A stretch of 64,000 nt of DNA. Source: Trichodelitschia bisporula (lineage: Eukaryota). A program made the position numbers and the translations under genes. The notes under the pieces were generated by a model. The model worked only from the letters and a program-made list of their open reading frames with translations. It had not been told where the DNA came from and ran no database searches. Location: positions 815,061-879,060 of the forward strand of contig ML996695.1 in assembly GCA_010356995.1 (NCBI GenBank). Reading direction: 5' to 3'. How positions within the stretch are numbered: the stretch's first letter is position 1; every line of letters begins with the position of its first letter. Of the stretch, positions 36,850-49,100 are shown one piece after another.

Positions 36850-39697
36850 ATGCCCACTCCCCACGCGGTGCCCTCAACGGTGCCTTTACCTCCCAACCAC
36901 AACAACCACAGCAACCACAACAACCACAACCGCCGGCCGAACAACAATGACTTCCCTCACTCGCCTCATCATTTCCAACCTCAGCCGCAACCCTATCCCC
37001 TCTACTACCCTCAAATGCCTTACCACCCGCACCAGCACCCGCACCCCCAGCACTACGGCCAGCAGTGGTACCCGGCCTACCCACCGCCGCAACCCTACTC
37101 CCCTGCTCCTCGACAATATCATCCTCCGCCTCCACCACCTCACCCTCCCCCACCGGCACACTCGCATGCACCGCTGATTGTGTCCTCACATTTGCATCCT
37201 CAACCGGTGCAAACCATGGCGCGGCCGTCAATTCCCACGCCTCCTGTGATGTCGCCAACGCCACCTCAGGATGCGCCTTCAACTCCCTCTGCCGCGTCAC
37301 AGATGCAGCATTCACCGTCTACTCCCGCTATCTCCACCACGACGAACACATCGTCGCCGCCTCCTACAACAGAGAAAGCAGCCGAGGAAGACGTCACCCC
37401 CCCGCAGCCTATCACAAGCACCTTCGTTCCACCGGTAAATATCCCAAAGCATATGCGTTCGTTTATTAACATATCCAGCTTCCGTGGTACTCGCGCCCAA
37501 GCGAACCATTTTTCGTTCCCCAACGCTGTCGCCACGACAAGGGCAAGCGGTACCCCATAGTCGCCATCCCCTTCCAGCGGCGCGCTGCGCACGAGATCCC
37601 TAGGTTCGGCCAAGTAGAACCCGTCGAACAGCAATCAGAGGAGCAGATTGAGGACCAAGAACCCCTTGAGCCTAGCGAGACAGAGGAGCACGCCGAGTCA
37701 CAGACGTCGACATTGGCTGCGCAGTCGGACGCTGGAACCCCAGCTACTTCTGAAGCTCCCTCTGAGGTCGACTCCACATCATCAGCGGCGCAGATGTCTT
37801 CACAGCCTGTCACCTCCAAGCATGTTCGCACGGCAACGCGGCCGGTGATTCCTATCCTGCCCGCCAAGCCCAAGGCTGCGGCTGCGGCTGCGCAAAAGCC
37901 AGCTGCGGCTCATGTCAAGGACGTGGAACCGCCCACCGCTGCTGTGGTTTCGCCTCCGCAAGATATCCCGCAGCCAGAAGCCACTGCAGCTAGTGAGGAA
38001 CAGGAGCCCGAGGTCGCGCCAACCACTGCGGCCAAGCCTGCACCGAAGTCGTGGGCGGAGCTTGTGCGCTCGAAGAACGCCGCGCAGCCAGCCGTTGTTC
38101 TTTCCACGCAGAACGGTACCGAGGCGGCGGACAGCATCCCCTCGAAGGCGGCCTCCCTCGCTGAGGCCATTCGCGCATTTTCCGTTGGATCTAATGACAA
38201 GGTCTCCTTTCTCGAGCCCCGGGGGCTGGTAAATACTGGTAACATGTGCTATATGAATTCGGTACGTATATCTTTTCAACTTCGGATGGCTAGCTGCTAA
38301 TACCCAGCAAGATTTTACAGAGTCTTGTCTTTTGTCTTCCTTTTCACGATTTCCTGGACCTGGTCGGCAAGCGGGCCGCCCACAGCTTCAAAAGCGAAAC
38401 CCCGCTTCTGGATGCCATGATCCTGTTTATGAGGGAGTTCCAGGTCATTGACTCGGCGGCCTCGGTGGACAAGCTTAAGCTTCGCCTCAAGAGCAATGAA
38501 CTCGAGCAGTTTGGTGATGCCTTTATTCCAGAATACGTCTATGACGCGACGAAGCGGCTTCCGCGGTTTGCTGCTATGAAGGTATGTACTTTCCCTCTCG
38601 GATGCCGATCCAAACGCGACCAGGACTGACTATTTCAGCGGGGTCATCAGCAAGATGCCGAAGAATTCCTAGGGTTCCTTCTAGAGGGCTTGCACGACGA
38701 GTGCGCACAGGTCCTAAAGGCCTTGCCCTCGTCCGAGGAATCCAGCGCCGTTGCCTCCCCAGTCAGCGAGAAGGCGACCATTGGCGACAACGGCTGGCTT
38801 GAGGTCGGCCCGAAGCAGAAGGCTGCTATCACTCGGTCCTCAGGGCACGTGGTGACTGATTCTCCGATCTCGAAGATTTTTGGAGGCAAGCTTCGGTCCG
38901 AGTTTCGCGTTCCTGGCCTCAAGAACTCGGTCACCCTTGAGCCATATCAACCCTTGCAGCTGGACATTGGCGCTCCTGATGTTCACAACATCATGGATGC
39001 TCTCAAGAATCTCACTCGCCCTGAGACCATCCAGGGTGACTTCAACTCTCCTCGTGGGCCTGGCGTTTCCGCCACCAAGCAGGTGTTCATCGAGACTCTG
39101 CCGCCTGTGCTGATTCTTCATTTGAAGCGTTTCCAATACGACAACAAGGGTGGAACTCAGAAGATCTGGAAGAAGGTTGGGTACCCGCTAGACCTCGAGG
39201 TTCCCAAGGAAGTTTTCCCGCCGCATAAGCGTAGTGGCTTCGCCATCAGTGGCCTACCGAAATACTCTCTCAACGGCGTGGTATACCATCATGGCAAGAA
39301 TGCCAGCGGAGGTCACTATACGGTGGACGTTCGTCGCCAAGACGGTCGTGAGTGGATTCGAATGGATGACACGATTATTCGTCGTGTTCGTCAGGAGGAT
39401 GTTGCCCAGGACGGCGCTGAGGAGGACCCGAAGGTTCTGGCGAAGGTGGTCGAGCGGTTGGATAAGACCACCGCCAATATATACGACCAGATCGACGATG
39501 TGGAGAGTGAGCAGGGAGAGCAGGGCGGCTGGAGTCAGGTTAGTGGAGCGGGTAAGGATGGGCCCAGCAAGAAGTGGAGTGCGGTCGCCAATGGCACAAG
39601 CACACCCAACTCTGGAGGGGGACGGACACCGGTGCGCGACGGTGGTATGAAGGATAACAAGGTCGCGTACATCCTGTTCTATCGGAGGATCGATTAG
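36850..39697 (+). CDS. UBP3: Ubiquitin C-terminal hydrolase, Ubp3/USP10 family, 4 coding exons
   Basis: Pro/Gln/His-rich N-terminus, LPWY, PKSWAELVR, Cys box PRGLVNTGNMCYMNSILQ, HQQDAEEFL, LHLKRF, His box YHHGKNASGGHYT, AYILFYRR. Introns approx. 37435-37478, 38262-38311, 38582-38638. Confidence 0.93.
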
Positions 39698-39901
39698 GGT
39701 CAGGGTGGAGGGGGGCGTACGTGATATGGGAAGGTCTGTTATCTAGAATACCCACTTCGCGTTGTTTGGGCAGGTGTTGCGTCATGGGAGCATCCCAAAA
39801 GTCTTTGGCCTGTTCTTATGAGCAGGGAATGAAAGAGTAAAAATCTGCTTGAGACATTCAAGTGAAGATGTGACGAAGGTTATCGGCCGGGCCTTCCAGC
39901 A

Positions 39902-40035
39902 TTACTACATACAACAGCTTCTTAGCCATCGCTGATGTCGATGCTGCCGCTCTTGTCCATCATATTTGCATACCCATCAAATACTACATACGATAGCCTC
40001 TTAATAGTTGCTGATGCCGATGCTGCCGCTCTTCT
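39902..40035 (+). repeat. Degenerate tandem duplication, period about 79 bp
   Basis: TACTACATAC...CTTA...GCTGATGYCGATGCTGCCGCTCTT occurs at about 39903 and about 39982. Confidence 0.8.
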
Positions 40036-40620
40036 CGGTTATTCGTACACCTCGCCCATTGCTCTTGGCATCTCAAGATTTTGGAGGAAGCTAGCTCCTA
40101 ACTGGATTGCGGACCACAATTGTAAATTGATCTCTTCAGGCTCTGCGGTTCAATATTTACATGTACAAAGTGCGCAACGCGAGCTGTGCAGTATGATGTG
40201 CGTGAGCGGTGGTTGACAATGTTGCCTCCGCTCACAATTCTTGGAATGGCGAGATCTCAGCCTCGCGCTTTGATGAATCCATGCAATACTTCATCAGGGG
40301 CCTTATGCCCAGACCGAAGCCCTTGGCCTAGCCCGATGATTGGCCTGTGCGTTCCCCTACATTTCCCTAGCTCGGGCCACCCAAGTTCGCGAAGTCGCAC
40401 CTCCTGGACCCTTTACGCCGACTTGCGTATTGTTGATGTCAACAAATCGTTCGCTCTCTTTTGGGCTGAGGAACTGACATCCCATCCTACCGCTTCCTTC
40501 TTACCTTACTTTGGACCTTTCCTCCTTTCCGGTATCCGATCTATTGTCTGCGTAAGACAACTGGTGCTGCACTTTGGGCGCAAGAATCGCAGACTGTCAG
40601 CAATTTCTTGAGGAGCCGTC

Positions 40621-42568
40621 ATGACCGTTACGCGATCGCAGACCGGCAAGACACCGAAGTGAGTCGCTCTTCTCGGATTGTCACGTTCGCTCAGCATTTC
40701 GCTGCGCGCGCGCCGATGTAATGGATCGTGCTGGATCATGCTGACGGGAGACGCAGGAAAGCCATGACCCCTGGTTTCGTCGAGACGCCGGGCACCTACC
40801 GTCGGACGCGTAGCTCGATACACGCGGCTGGATCAGTCACATCTTATGATTCCGAGGATGTGAGCGGAGTGTCGGAAAGTGAGGGGCGCAGGAGAGTGAG
40901 GAAGTCTGCGGTTAATGGGAATGCGAATGGGAGCGCTGCCGAGGTTAACGGGAACAATTACGCCAACGGTCACGCCAACGGACATGCCAACGGCAACGGA
41001 CATGCCAACGGCAACGGAGTCACCAACGGCAAGGTCTCCGAGGACGCCGCATACGACCTGACAAAGCACCCGGAATACCTGGCGGATCCGAAGGTGGATC
41101 CGAGCGGCGAGTTCGAGTTCGGCGGCTCCATCGGCGTTTCCGCTATGATGATCGGGTTCCCGCTGCTCATGTGGTATATGTGGATCGGTGCGACCTACTA
41201 CGACGGGAAGTTTCCGCGCCCGGCCGAGGGACAATCCTTGCAAGACTTCGGCAAGCATCTCGTCAATTTGGTATACACTGGCGCCTTTCCGCATCTCCGT
41301 GCCTGGCGGATCTATTGGGCCCTGTTTATCGTCGAGGGCGCGTTCTACCTGCTCATGCCGGGAGTGTACGCCAAAGGAAAGCCCCTCATCCATATGGGTG
41401 GAAAGCAACTGGACTACTACTGCTCGGGCATGTGGTCCTTCTATACCACCCTCGTCCTGGCGGGTGTGCTACACTACACCGGAATCTTCAAGCTGTACAC
41501 CATCATCGATGAGTTTGGCCCGCTGATGTCGGTGGCCATCATCTCAGGATACCTTGTAAGCATCCTCGCCTACTTCTCTGCCCTGTGGCGTGGAGAGCAG
41601 CACCGCATGACCGGTTATCCCCTCTACGACTTTTTCATGGGTGCCGAACTCAACCCGCGCATGTTCGGATGGCTGGATTTCAAGATGTTCTTCGAGGTCC
41701 GCCTGCCGTGGTACATTCTGTTCTTCATCTCCATCGGCACTGCTGCGCGGCAGTACGAGCGCTATGGTTATGTTACGCCCGAGGTTGCCTTCCTTTGCAT
41801 GGCGCATTTCCTGTATGTGCAGGCCTGCTCCAAGGGGGAGGAGCTGATCGTCACGACCTGGTACGTACCTCTATTGTCGGTTTCTGGCTCCCAATTGACA
41901 TCTCCAGGGACATGTACTATGAGAAGTGGGGCTTCATGCTGATCTTCTGGAACATGGCGGGCGTACCGCTGTCCTACTGCCACTGCTCGATCTACCTCGC
42001 TAACCACGAGCCGTCCGAGTACTCATATCCCAAGTGGGCGCTTGCACTGTTTTTCTCCTCGTACCTGTTTGTATACTGGGTTTGGGACACGTGCAACAGC
42101 CAGAAGAACATGTTCCGCTCGCGGGAGCGTGGCTCGGTGATGGAGCGCAAGTCCTTCCCGCAGCTGCCTTGGAAGGAGGTCAAGAACCCCGAGGTTATTA
42201 GGACGCACACTGGCGACAGCCTGCTGTGCTCCGGGTGGTGTAAGCTCCTCCTCCAACCTCCTTGTAGAGGTACTGTTGCTAACGTTCTGCAGACGGCAAG
42301 GCTCGCAAGATCCACTACTCCTGTGACGCGTATTTTGCGATAACCTGGGGTCTGATCACTGGGTTCAACAGCCCCTTCCCCTGGTTTTACCCTGTCTTCT
42401 TCGTGTGTATGATCCTGCACCGCGCGTCGCGTGATATTGCTCGCTGCCAGAAGAAGTACGGGCCGTACTGGGAGGAGTATACGAGGCGGGTGCCGTACCT
42501 GTTTATTCCTGTGAGTTTCCCCAATGCTTTCAAGTGAATTAACTAACACGTGGCAGTATGTCTTTTAA
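40621..42568 (+). CDS. ERG4: Delta24(24(1))-sterol reductase (ERG4/ERG24 family), 5 exons
   Basis: [72 protein letters not shown]. Confidence 0.95.
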
Positions 42569-43226
42569 TCGGAGTGTCTGACACGAGGTGGCATAATCTG
42601 GAAAACACGCGGGACTGGTACAGGCTAGCTGGGTCTTTGTTCACAAAATCTTCGACTTTTCATTGCGAACCTGTCTTGAGGCTTGGTCCGCTCTGTCTTG
42701 CTTCCTCTGCTTGGAGAGGCTGACGGCTTCTTTTTTGTATGGCCGTGGCTGGTTGAGCTTGCTAGCCTGGACATAGGGGCCGGGTGGTGGATGTAGTGGA
42801 TGTAGTGTATGATGGCATTGTTGCTAAACTTGTGCCTGATTACGCTGACGATAATCTTGGTGACATGCCTATGTATCTGCTCTCAAACCTTGCCTACCAG
42901 TTCATGAAAAGGGCTTGAAGGACGGGAATGGCGAGGAGGACAGTAAGACTTTTACCTAGGGCGTTATGGTATCCTGGTAAGTGTAGCCTGTAGCGGGCAA
43001 TGTGACTGGTGTCATTGATCGTCAGGCAAAGTGGCACGTTATGCGCACGTCTGTGAAGTAAATTGTCATTTCTGCAGAGCGGGTATCATCTATCAAGCAG
43101 CCAGATCATGTAACGCCCAGGCCCGCACTCAAACGCCATCCACGGACTACAAATTCCGACGACGCCAATAACCCGACAAATAACAGCTGAATGATGACAG
43201 TCCGATGATGGCAACCTAATGACCCC

Positions 43227-44132
43227 CTAAACCACAGTCGTAGCGAGCCCATCCATGATAGCGAGCTGGAGAATGGCCAAATTAGCCCGAACGTCCCGGA
43301 TCGCACGCTGCCACGCGATGATGTTCCGCATCGCCTGAGAAGCTTGGAACCACGCATCCCTGTTCGCAGTGCTCCAGCTCTCGGCCACGGTAGCATGGAA
43401 CCAGAGCCGACCCTCCGGGCTGCGAGTCGTCCAGTGCACCATGATCTCGACGACATCCGCTGTGAATGAAACCGTCATCGCCTGAGTCGTGTCATCGAAG
43501 GACTGGCGCGCGCTGACCTCGCCGCAGGCGCGGACATGGAGATTACGCAGAGCGAGAATCATGTGAGCACCGGAATGAACGTTGGCGCGCCGAGCCACAC
43601 GCAGCGAGACAACGGCCTCAAAGGACGCGAACGGGAACACAAAGTCCGACATCGGAATCGTAGGCAGCGCAGCCCGGCCCATCTCATTGAGTGCCTCCGT
43701 CAGGTTCTCGCACGATGCTGTGCGCCGCAGACCGATGGTCATGTGAGGGCGTGTCTGGGGTGCGGTCGGCTCGAGCGGCTTCCACGTGTGCGATCGACCG
43801 TAGATGGGGACGATGGGACGGAGCTTGTCGAGAACCGGCCCGCCGATGATGATAGACAGCATGTCACCCAGGTTGGTGGAGGTTGGGGTGTTGGTGAGCG
43901 TCGCGGCCCGCAGACTGTCTATGTCGTAAGGCGAGGCGGGAGGGAGAGGGGTGGGGTCGGGGTGGTGGATGAGGACTTTGATGTTGTCGAAGTCGGCTGG
44001 GACCCGGTACGGCTCGAGGAAGAGGTCGGCGGGGTCGATGACTGTGGTGGGGACCTGCCTGACGGTGGTGGGGGAAGTCCTGTGGAGGGTTAGAGGGTTG
44101 TTTAGGGGGAGGGGGAGAACTGACGCGGCCAT
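43227..44132 (-). CDS. Fungal hypothetical protein with degenerate PD-(D/E)xK-like (DUF7924-like) motifs
   Basis: 301-aa intronless ORF with P-x-T-R-P-H-x-x-x-G ... FPFASFEA ... ANVHSG ... VEIMVHW, resembling the fungal KPD-x-x-x-G/FPFL-x-x-EAK family. Confidence 0.6.
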   Translation of the reverse strand: MAASVLPLPLNNPLTLHRTSPTTVRQVPTTVIDPADLFLEPYRVPADFDNIKVLIHHPDPTPLPPASPYDIDSLRAATLTNTPTSTNLGDMLSIIIGGPVLDKLRPIVPIYGRSHTWKPLEPTAPQTRPHMTIGLRRTASCENLTEALNEMGRAALPTIPMSDFVFPFASFEAVVSLRVARRANVHSGAHMILALRNLHVRACGEVSARQSFDDTTQAMTVSFTADVVEIMVHWTTRSPEGRLWFHATVAESWSTANRDAWFQASQAMRNIIAWQRAIRDVRANLAILQLAIMDGLATTVV

Positions 44133-44405
44133 TGTGCCGGATGAGGAGGTAAGAATTTTGACTCGCGGCGGTTATGGAATTCTCTGAAGCTGGTGATGGC
44201 AAGGGGGCGGCAACTGAGAATGCGATTTCGAGTTTGGGTTGTCGAAGGAATGATTCAGGAGCGGCGGTGGACTGGGGAATAGCAGCGTCCTCCTGTGAAA
44301 GAACCAGAAAAATTCCGGTTATTCCGAAGATTAACTCGTGAAAGAACATTCTTCCACTTCCTAGGACGCGTTGATGATCGTATGGCTTGACAGATAGGAG
44401 CCGGA

Positions 44406-44464
44406 CGCATCCAGTTTCGTGACCTCGCATCCAGTTTCGTGACCTCGCGCCAGTTACGTGATCT
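44406..44464 (+). repeat. 20-bp tandem repeat CGCATCCAGTTTCGTGACCT x2 plus one degenerate copy
   Basis: Exact copies at 44406-44425 and 44426-44445; CGCGCCAGTTACGTGATCT at 44446-44464. Confidence 0.9.
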
Positions 44465-46112
44465 CGCGGGAAGAGCAAACAATGCTGTAAGAAGCCTCCG
44501 GACCATTGTTTGCGCCGTGTCGCCGATATATAGGCCCAACTTTAAGAATCCATTAGAATAGTCCTAGACCCGCCCTCATGTCTCGAGGTGGGTAAATACC
44601 ACTATGGGACATAGCGACCGCTGGCTGGGCTAGAGAGAGTCAGGAAAAAGCCGGCACAGTCGGGAATATTGCCTATGGTATCAGCTTCTGCTCGGTTTGG
44701 AAAGGATAGAAAGAGGATACTTGAATATATTCGGTTCGGAAGGTGACAAGGCAACGAGGAATAACGATACTGTAGTCGCCGCTTTCAAGCCGACCTGTCC
44801 GCATTTTTGGAGGAAAATCTGCAATTAGCAAGCGCATTATTTGACGCGCATATATAGCAAGGCACGATCGAGAGAACCTCTGAGCAAACTTGACTATCTG
44901 TCGTATTATCTAGGATCAAAAACTTCGTAGCGATTACATACTTAGTCCGTCTTCGCAAGACTCCATTTGGACATGTTGTACGCAATATAGTTGTGGATCA
45001 ACATAGATTCAGCAAAAGTATATGTGAAGAGGTACTTAAATCAGACTCCTTGTGTTGATGACATGAAGTGTCGTCTCCAGCCTTGCCCGTTTGAAGTCGT
45101 ACAGGGGGCATAAGGTTCTTCCGAGCCGAACGACCACCTTGGGCCTCCTTGCCGCAGGTTCACCACGACTTGCACACGACGGAAGAGTGATTGCTTAATT
45201 CAAAGGAGGGCCTGTATATCTGCTGCCGACGGTATCTAGAGACGAAGTACTTCAAGTATATAATTCTAGTTGATCTGTTCAAGTAAACACCGTATCAGGA
45301 GATACGGCGTCCAGGCGACCATCTTACAAGTGCTTGCTGTGTCTGGACTTTTTGGTTGAGTATTCACCATTTGAGGTATGAAAATTCCCCTTTCCCTGGT
45401 CAGTGGATTAATCTTGCTCAGACTTTAATGTGGTTCTCCAATGTCGATCTGAGATTACGCTTCTGCAAATTCTTTACCCACATGCCGGACGATGGCATTA
45501 TATACCGTCTTTCCCGTATGACGTGCTTAGAGGATCAACTATCTACCTTAAGTGCCGGAATTGCTGGCAATGTACTTACTGACGCCCAGTATCAGACGGT
45601 TGAGCTGCTAAGTTTCTCTGCGGGCTATCTCGTCGAACGCCGTCAAGGCGGTCTTGGCAATATGAGGCTGCGAGTTTCGTCTCTCATGGTATGGACTTTC
45701 AGTACGGCCCACATCAGACAAGAAGTCTCCCACACTACATATACCCATAGATCGCTCCTTCCTTCTACGTCCTGGCAGCCAGAAAGTCCTACAATTTTCG
45801 TTAGCTTGGCGACTGCGCACCGCGGTGTTGCTGCTTCGGGGTCTGTGCTTTGGCAGAGGACTCCCCCCTATACCTCCAACTCTCTCTCTCTTTTTCCCCA
45901 TCCCCGAAACTTTCCACACCTGTGTCCGCTAGCTATTTTGCCTCTGCGCACACAACTCTCTGTCACCAAACCTCCCTGTTTCCGTCCCCAAACATTACCA
46001 CGCTCTGTTCACCACCATCTTCTCGCCCCCATTACCACTCTGCCCTTCAAGCGCACACGCTTGACCTCTTGCAGCCCCTCAACTCAACCCACGGTTAAGT
46101 AATCTCCTCAAG

Positions 46113-49100
46113 ATGCCGGCAATTGGCGAGATAGACTGCGAGCTGCAGTTCGAGCCCTTCGGGGTGCCTCTTACGGAGATCGACACTCGCCAAAAGGGTC
46201 GTGTCGCGGAAACCTTCATCATGATCCCGCAAGTGCCTCCGTCTTGTGATGGCAGCATGCCGTTTGGCATCCATCTGGACATCGACAACTTTGTCGCGTC
46301 TCCAAAGCTTAGCGCTTGGGTCTTCATCGACGGCAACTTTTGTGGCCGCCATGTCATTGACGTCGAGGCCCGCAAGGACAACAGCTTCGAGTGGGTGTTT
46401 AAATACAAGGCCGTTGATGTCTCGCCTAGTCAGACGCTGAAGCGCGCGCTGCACTTCAGGCCCTTCAATACCAGTATGTTTGACCGTCTCCAACCCCTTA
46501 ATAATGGCGCTAACCCCACCATAGTCTCCGACAAGTCCGGCGAGCTGCCGGCCGACAAGACAACTGTGGAGAATATTGGGACCATTGAAGTCGTCATTCT
46601 TCGCTGCAGTGATGCGATTCAGCGCTTTGCTCACAAGCGCAATGGCTTTTCTACGCCGCAGAAGATGTCCTTCAAGGCTCTTCATGACCATCAACAGCGC
46701 AAGGTCATGGAGGCCGCGGACGAAGACAAGACGCCGCGTAAGCGCATCCTCCTGCACACTTTCTTCCCTTTCAAATTGGGACGGGATCCTCCCGTAGATC
46801 ACCTTGAGGTCGTTCGCCCTACCTGGGGTGATATCTGGACCTCGGATGAGATTGATGATTGGACGGAAGTCGGCATCAAGGCGAATGGAGGCTCAAAGAT
46901 CCCGCGTCCTATTCTGTGGCCCACCCAGGTAGAGATGGCGGAAATGATGCGCATCAACGGCCCTGTTCCTGTGCCTAAGCTGACGCCGCATGGAGCCATT
47001 CCAGTTGAAAAGACTTCGCTGGACTACGTTCAGCGTTCGAAGCTCTTCGGCTTACCGCTGTCGTTTTACGACCGATTTGGCGACAAGATTCCGCGTCATC
47101 GGATGCATTTCTCTGAGGCCGAAAAGTCTCTTGGGGCCGGGCGCTACGAGGTCCGCAAGGCGCCCTCTGACCCGCCTGCTTTCAGCAACGCAGACCATCC
47201 GCATCCAAAGCCCATGCGGCGTCCTAGCTTCACCGGGTCCACGTACCGCTACGTTCCCATCGAGGACACTCCTGGTGCCCGCTATGAGCCGTACGGCCCC
47301 CTTCAACCGGCTCGAAAACTGCGTCCAGCCCACTTCGTTGCCAAGGAGGGTGAATACTCTAGCGATGAGTATAGCTCCTCTAACGAATCTCTTCCACCGC
47401 CTACAACGAAGTCGCGGCCGCGCTCTGGTTCTTACAACAGCCATAGCTCCTCCCATGCCCGCAGTAGGCGCAACTCGGATAACAGCCGGGGCGGATCCTA
47501 CCATGCTCGAGACGGTTCACACGGGCGCACTCGGCGTGGCTCTGCTGACAGTTGGAGCAGCTCGCATCACGGTCGGAGCAGCTCGCAACATCGTCGTGGC
47601 GGCTCGCACCAGGGTCGGACTGGATCCCGTCATCGTCGGAGCGGCTCTCATCATGGCCGCAAGAAGAAGCACAAGAAAACCCATAAGAGGAAGGAGTCCA
47701 AGACGAAGTCGCGCCGTAAGCATCGTCGCTACGAGAGCGAGGAATCTAGCAGCGACGAGTCCTCCTCCGAAGAGTCCAAATCAGGTTCTCAAGAGAGCTC
47801 TGAATACGATTCCGATTCTTCTGACTCAGGTCCGGTCGCCAAGTACTCGGATAAGTGGATGGAACAACGCCGTAAGGAGCGTCTCGCAGATGGGCGTTCT
47901 AGGGTTTTCGGCAAGCACAAATTTGAGGAACCGAAGCGGGAAAAGACGAAGTCGCACAAGTCAAAGAAGCATCACCGCGAAAGCTCGTCGCATCGTCGTC
48001 GGTCCCAGTACGATGGCAGCGATGAATACGACGAAGGGGAAATCATGGACATTCCTCAGCTTGATGGAGGTGATGAAGTTCGCCGTAGGCGCGAGGACTC
48101 TTACCAGAAATCAGCGCTCAAAGGTCAGTCCAAGTCTGGAGAAATTAAGGCACAGCATCTGCCTCACTTTTTGTTTCGCCAGAATCTGGCCAAACAGGGG
48201 CGCCTCTCTGAGATTGATGATTGCTTTGGCCATCATACAACGCCGTTGCCCGGCAGCTTCACCGACGACAACGCGGCTCTTTCCGTAGAAGGCGAAGGGG
48301 AGCAGACTGAGGCCAATGTCGACGCTAAAGCGAAAGCTCCTGAGGCTGTTCCCGTTCAGCTAGGAAAATTTGGTTTCGTCGAAGTTGTGGAATATCCTTC
48401 CACAGACATTGTGCGCTCTCTTGCTGCCAGGGCTGAGAAGTCCCCAGCTGAGACTGTCAAGCCTCGATCCATAGAGTCTGCGGACCTTGCATTTCGTTCT
48501 GTTGAGCATGGTACTTTCAAACACTACATTATGATATGGTATGTGACAGATTTTGCTAACAACCCTTAGGTGTTCTCAAGAAACCGCGCAAGGAGTCCTT
48601 TGATGAGGAGACCAGCTCCGGATCCGATACGGAAGTTGAGGATGAGCATCCCAAGGGCTGCCGTTGCCCGGATTGTATCTCTTCCCTCATCACGCAAGAG
48701 CCTCGCATTGGCATGCTTCCGATTATCGGTGTGGTCCCGAAAAATGTGGCCGCTAAGCCTTTCTGTGTGTCTACTTCTGTTCCTGACGATCCTGCTCGCC
48801 AGGCTCCTGTCTATTACACTCCTGCTCACCAGGCTCCTATTCGTGACACTATTCTCCACGACTTTCCCGCCCAAGAGCTTGGTATCGACGATGCTCGCAA
48901 GTACTGGGAAGAAATCTACAATACCCTGCTCTACCAGGACGAACTGGCCCGCAACCCGGAGAACCATCACATCGTCGAACCGACGCGCGACTTTCCCCCG
49001 GAGCCTCTTCATAACATAAAGGCCTCGGTTACCTTCGCTAAGGGCGTCAGCCATCAAGTTCAAGCTCGCTCCGGCAAGCTGGAGCCTCGCCCCGAAATCC

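Noticed and set aside
36138..36950. ORFs with LC, SA, LP, RG and RQ dipeptide repeats
   Set aside because: Translations of the GCCTCT microsatellite; no coding evidence.
40962..41030. NGHA/NG peptide repeat in ERG4
   Set aside because: Common low-complexity linker in fungal proteins.
45356..46102. 248-aa TTG-start ORF
   Set aside because: No motifs; runs through the pyrimidine-rich promoter/leader of the 46113 gene.
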